From positions 7,130,001-7,194,000 of the forward strand of contig NW_025963902.1 of assembly GCF_023055435.1 (NCBI RefSeq): a DNA stretch of 64,000 nucleotides, written 5' to 3'. Shown piece after piece: positions 58,801-64,000 of this stretch; position 1 is the stretch's first letter; each line of letters starts with the position of its first letter. Made by a program: the position numbers and the translations under genes. The DNA is from Haliotis rufescens. Taxonomy: Eukaryota. The notes beneath the pieces were generated by a model that was not told where the DNA came from, searched no databases, and was given only the letters and a program-made list of their open reading frames with translations.

Positions 58801-61800
58801 ATTGTGTGTGAGAAAACATTTACACAATCGGGTCAGCTGCAGTCACACATGAGGATTCACACTGGAATCAAACCTTATCAGTGTGTTGAATGTGGGAAGG
58901 AATTTACATGATCAAATTACCTGCAGATACACTTGAGGATTCACAGTGGAGTCAAGCCTAATCAGTGTAATATATGTGAGAAAACATTTACACGATTAAG
59001 TACTCTGAAGAATCACATCAGGATTCACACTGGAATCAAACCTTATCAGTGTGTTGAATGTGGGAAGGGATTTACACGATCAAATACCCTGCAGAAACAA
59101 TTGAGGATTCACAGTGGACTCAGACCTTATCAGTGTAATGTATGTGAGAAAACATTTACACGATTAAGTACTCTGAAGAATCACATGGCGATACACACTG
59201 GAATCAGACCTTATCAGTGTGTTGAATGTGGAAAAGAATTTACAGTATCAAGTAACATGAAGAAACACATGAGGATTCACAGTGGAGTCAAGCCCTATCC
59301 GTGTAATATATGTCAGAAATCATTTACACGATGTGGTACTCTGGAGAGGCACATGGCGATTCACAGTGGACTCAGACCGTATCAGTGTGTTGAATGTGGG
59401 AAAGCATTTAGACATTCATATCACCTGAAGACACACATGATGATTCACAGTGGAATCAAGCCTCATCAGTGTGTTGAATGCGGGAAAACATTTGCACAAT
59501 CAAGTAATCTGCAGAAACACATCAGAATTCACAGTGAAGTCAAGCCTTATCCGTGTAATATATGTCAGAAATCATTTACACGATCAGGTACCTTGGAGAG
59601 GCACATGGCGATTCACAGTGGACTCAGACCGTATCAGTGTGTTGAATGTAGGAAAGCATTTAGACATTCATATCACCTGAAGACACACATGATGATTCAC
59701 AGTGGAATCAAGCCTCATCAGTGTGTTGAATGCGGGAAAACATTTGCACAATCAAGTAATCTTCAGAAACACATCAGAATTCACAGTGAAGTCAAGCCTT
59801 ATCAGTGTAATATATGTGAGAAAACATTTACAGTATCAGGTACTCTGAAGAATCACATGGCGATTCACACTGGAATGAGACCTCATCAGTGTGTTGAATG
59901 CGGGAAAGCATTTGCACAATCAGGTAACCTGAAGACACACATGATGATTCACAGTGGAATCAAGCCTTATCAGTGTGTTGTGTGTGATAAGTGGTTCACA
60001 CACTCAAGTAGCCTGCAGAAACACATGACCATTCATAGTGCTAGCAAGCCGTATCAGTGTGATGTGTGTGGTAAAGCGTTTACATACTCAAATAGCCTGA
60101 AGCGACACCTGACCATTCATAGTGGAAGCAAGCCTTAGCAGTGTGTTCGATGTGGGAAAATATTTTGACACTCAGGTACTCTGCATACACAAGTGATGAT
60201 TCACAATGGAATCAAACCTTTACGAGTGCATTGTTTGTGAGAAAGGATTGACACACTCAGGTAATCTGCAGAAACACAAGGATTCGCCGTGGAATCCAAC
60301 TTATCAGTGTGTTCAATGAAGCGAGGGATGTAACATCACACGTTTCATAGTTCTGGAATAAAGGTTTACAAAGTTCATATTCTTGCTGCGTAGGGGATAT
60401 TTAAATCCAATGCTATCTATCTCGGCCGTTAATAATCCTCTGGCCATGTAGTGACCACATGTTTACACCACGTGCTCTTGGACAGGGAGGGGGCACGGGT
60501 GGCCCAGTGGTCTAAGGCGCCGCGATTCACTGTGCAGAGTTGCGCCCCTTGAGCTTGCCAGAAACCTATGACTGTGGGTTCGAATCCCGGTTCGCCCCAA
60601 TTATGTTTCTAGGTTTGTCAGCACCATACCCGTGCTCGTGGGTTTCACCGAAGTGGTAAACGCCTGAGACCTGCATCACTTCGGGCTTTCCTCCCACATT
60701 AAGCTGACACGCCGCGATATAACTGGAATATTGTTAAATGCGGCGTTAAACCCAACTCACTCACTCACTCTGAAACCACCTCCGTATTTAAGGGGTGGCA
60801 GGGCTTTGCCCGTTGACCTTGAGGCCCAGAGTTTGCCTCGTGGAGGACGTAAGCAAGTTCATATTCTTGCTGCGAAGGGGATATTTAAATCCAATGCTAT
60901 CTATCTCGGTCGTTAATAATCCTCTGGCCATGTAGTGACCACATGTTTACACCACGTGTTCTTGGACAGGGATAAATCAAAGGCTATCTTATCTTCCTTA
61001 CATGTAGTCATACAGCAACTCTGTATGTTTCAGAGTTGACCAGTAATTAGCCTGTCCAGAACAAGACAATAAACTAACTGTCATCGTCTACAACCCTGCT
61101 TTGACAAACAAGGTAGTTAGCCTGTTTAATTAGTGTGCTGATTGTTCTTATACACCACTAGACTCTTGGTCAAAAAAAGGCAATTAACATATTTGCTGTG
61201 ACCTGCAACCCGTGCCCACTTAAATTATTACTGAACCATTGTGACAAGTTCACGTAACATTAACCCGTGAAGATCCGGGGTAGAATAGGTCTCCAGCAAC
61301 CCGTGCTTGCCGTAAAAGGCGACTATGCTTGTCGTAAGAGGCGACAAACGGGATCGGGTGGTCAGGATTTGGTTGACGCATGTCATCGTGTCCCAATTGC
61401 GTGGATCGATGCTCATGATGTCAATCTCTGGATTGTCTGTTCCAGCCTCAATAATTTACAGACCGCCGTCATATAGCTGGACTATTGCTGAGTGAGGCGT
61501 TAAACAACAAACAAATAAACAAAAAATAACCACATTTTCAGTGAGACATTTTCCATTGAGTGTGAATAAGTTTTCATGGAACCATAAATTCTTTGTATGG
61601 ATTAATGTTACACTTCAAAAGTGTATCGTACGGCTGCAAAGTACGACAACACGGGGATGCCACTGTATGCTGTGGTCTAGTGGCCGGATGCAGATAGATA
61701 TCCCTGACCGCTAACCTCATCCGGTCACCGGGCGGTCACCCACAGATCACCCAGGGACTCCAGCGACCTACATACATACATACATTAATATATTGTGTCT

Positions 61801-64000
61801 ATCAACATGCACTACACGTTCTTGACTCTACGTCCCCTACGTCGTTACACAATACAATGGCATTTATACAAAACAGTTATTTCAATATAAAACACGTAAT
61901 TAATTTATATATAATACTTATCACTCACTTCTGTATACAATACGATGCTTGTCGTAAGAGGAGACAAACGGGATCGGATGGTAAGGCGCGCTGATTTGGT
62001 AGATGCATGTCATCGTGTCCCAATTGCGTGGATCGATGCTCATGATATCAATCACTGGATTGTCTGGTAAAGACTAGATTATTTACAGACCGCCGTCATA
62101 TAGCTGGAATATTGAGTGCAGCGTTAAACAACAAACAAACAAACAAACAAACAAACAAACAAACTAACAAACAAACGAAACTTAATATTTTAAAAAAACA
62201 ATACAATATTTATCAATACGATATATGTAGCATTTATGAATTTGGAGGCAAGAGTTATCGGAACTAAAACAAACATAAAGCACATCAAATAAAGCTAACT
62301 GGTAGATAAATTCATACATAAGATATTTATGATGTTGAAGAGTATGGTTTACGCCGCTTTTTGCAATACCCCGGGGTGGGGGGGGGGTTGGGTGGGGGGG
62401 GGGGGGGGGGGGGGGGGGGGCTTTATACATTGTTCACATGAACGGAATCGAACCCGGGTCTTCGGCTTGACGAGCGAACCCTTTCACCACCAGGCTACCC
62501 TACCGCCCCTTTATGATATTGGTGGCAATATGTATCTCAACTAAAACTCAAGCAAATGAAATAAAGTTAATTTAAAAATAAACGACGATTAGCAGTTGTA
62601 CAATAAAACACTGCAGGGAGAATAAACCGCCAGTCGATTATTTCTTACATGAGATATCAATATTATGTTCAGCCTCTTTAAGGATGTTACTAAACCGTAC
62701 AAACTTGAAATATATTTACCCGTATTTACATAATGATGACTCCCTGAATGGAATCCGACCTCGGCAATGTCGGACAAGTCCATTTTGCGAACAGGTGGGA
62801 TAAGTTTGGTATTTCCCGCATATTCTCACATTCCTAACGTCAGTTGTCTAATACCGATTGTCATATCTCTTCCACTTTTTGATGCGATCGTTCGACCCCT
62901 GAGTTTATCTGCGTAACCTAGCTAAGAAAATATGAATCATATATTGATGGGTTTATCAATTTGAAACATCAATGCACCTTAATGAAAACTAAATAAGTTC
63001 TTTACAAACTTCATTAAAGCAAGAGATGCGAGTACAATGAATGTTACCACAAAAAAAATAAAAATAAATAGGAATATTAATACCATTACCATTTCTACTC
63101 TTTTTTTCAGTATTTGTCATAAAAACACAAATCCGCATAGAAATAGGTGTTCGATTAACTAAGTTATAGAAAAACAGACCGGTCCCCTGCCTCTACCGAG
63201 GTGGTCGGTGGGGTAGCCTGGTGGTGAAGGGGTTCGCTCGTCACGCCCAATACCAAGGTTCTATTCCCCACATGGGTACAATGTGTGAAGTTCATTTCTG
63301 GTGTCCTCCGACGTGATATTGCAGGAATAGTGCTAAAAGCGGCGTAAAACTATACTCACTCACTCGCTGTTGAGGCAGAGCCCATATTAGGTACATATGT
63401 ATATCGTCTCTGGTTGAACGAAGGACAGGATGTTTTCTTAAAATAGCAACACAATCCCACCAGCGCTCGTCATAACGTGCAGCAAGCAAAGCCGGGAGGT
63501 CGTACACAGGCAGCAATCGAATGTAAGTATTGACAAGATTACAATATTACATGGCTTCGAAGTTACATCATTTGACAGCGTCTGCTTAGAGAAATGCGTC
63601 TCCTTTCTTTGTGATCGTGGCTATTTATCCATTTTAACTCACTATCCCCTGTGTTTCTCTCCTGGAGACCTGGTTGTCTAGGTAGGCAGCGCGTTCGCTT
63701 CAGTGATACAGCCACGACTCAACAATGGCGGCTTCCATTCGATATGGACACGTGGCGCACGCTTTATCAGCTGTTTATGTATTTACTACGGAAAGACGCT
63801 AGAACGGGAGCTTAGAAAATGTCCGTGGCATCATGAATACTGTTGCAACGTGTATGTCAGGAGAATAACGTCCATTTTTACTTATATTATAAATAAAGGG
63901 AAACTACACTCTGGCTTCTATCCGACTGCCTCACACCACCAGCTAAGGCTCATATTTTTACCCGCAGTGAAAACATGTTCGGATTTCTGAATGCGTGGAT
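55849..64000. repeat. Segmental tandem unit 5 (runs off the window end)
   Basis: Colinear with unit 1 positions 1 to ~7395. Confidence 0.92.
58144..60138 (+). pseudogene. 22-finger ZF copy interrupted by an in-frame TGA at 58909-58911 (unit 5)
   Basis: Track ORFs 58087-58911 and 58933-60138 share a frame; the paralogs have CGA (Arg) at this codon. Confidence 0.85.

Noticed and set aside
62370-62420. Poly-G tracts (also ~40159-40180) as functional G-quadruplexes
   Set aside because: Slippage of the short G run inside SINE A; homopolymer length is unreliable.

Overview
Eukaryotic (animal) DNA. The SINE set resembles repeats I recall from gastropod molluscs such as abalone, but this is not verified. 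The window is a head-to-tail array of five ~11.4-kb segmental units (1-11435, 11436-34073, 34074-43301, 43302-55848, 55849->64000). Each unit carries one large terminal exon encoding a KRAB-less C2H2 zinc-finger (ZF) protein, a small intronic ZF cassette, and copies of three SINE-like families that share one 3' tail. The ZF arrays differ between otherwise near-identical units by whole-finger gains, losses and shuffles: 17, 17, 17, a truncated copy plus 14, and 22 fingers with an internal stop. In unit 4 the intronic cassette has expanded into an open array of 12 nearly identical fingers. Unit 2 contains a very young full-length Ty3/Gypsy LTR retrotransposon (13043-24244, minus strand). It has a chromodomain integrase, a single gag-pol frame broken by one TAA, and unusual 1.94-kb LTRs with a duplicated R-like segment bracketing an intron-like region. 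Unit 4 also has a 450-bp MITE and a 1366-bp internal tandem duplication. Most short ORFs in the supplied track are SINE/LTR or antisense shadow frames.
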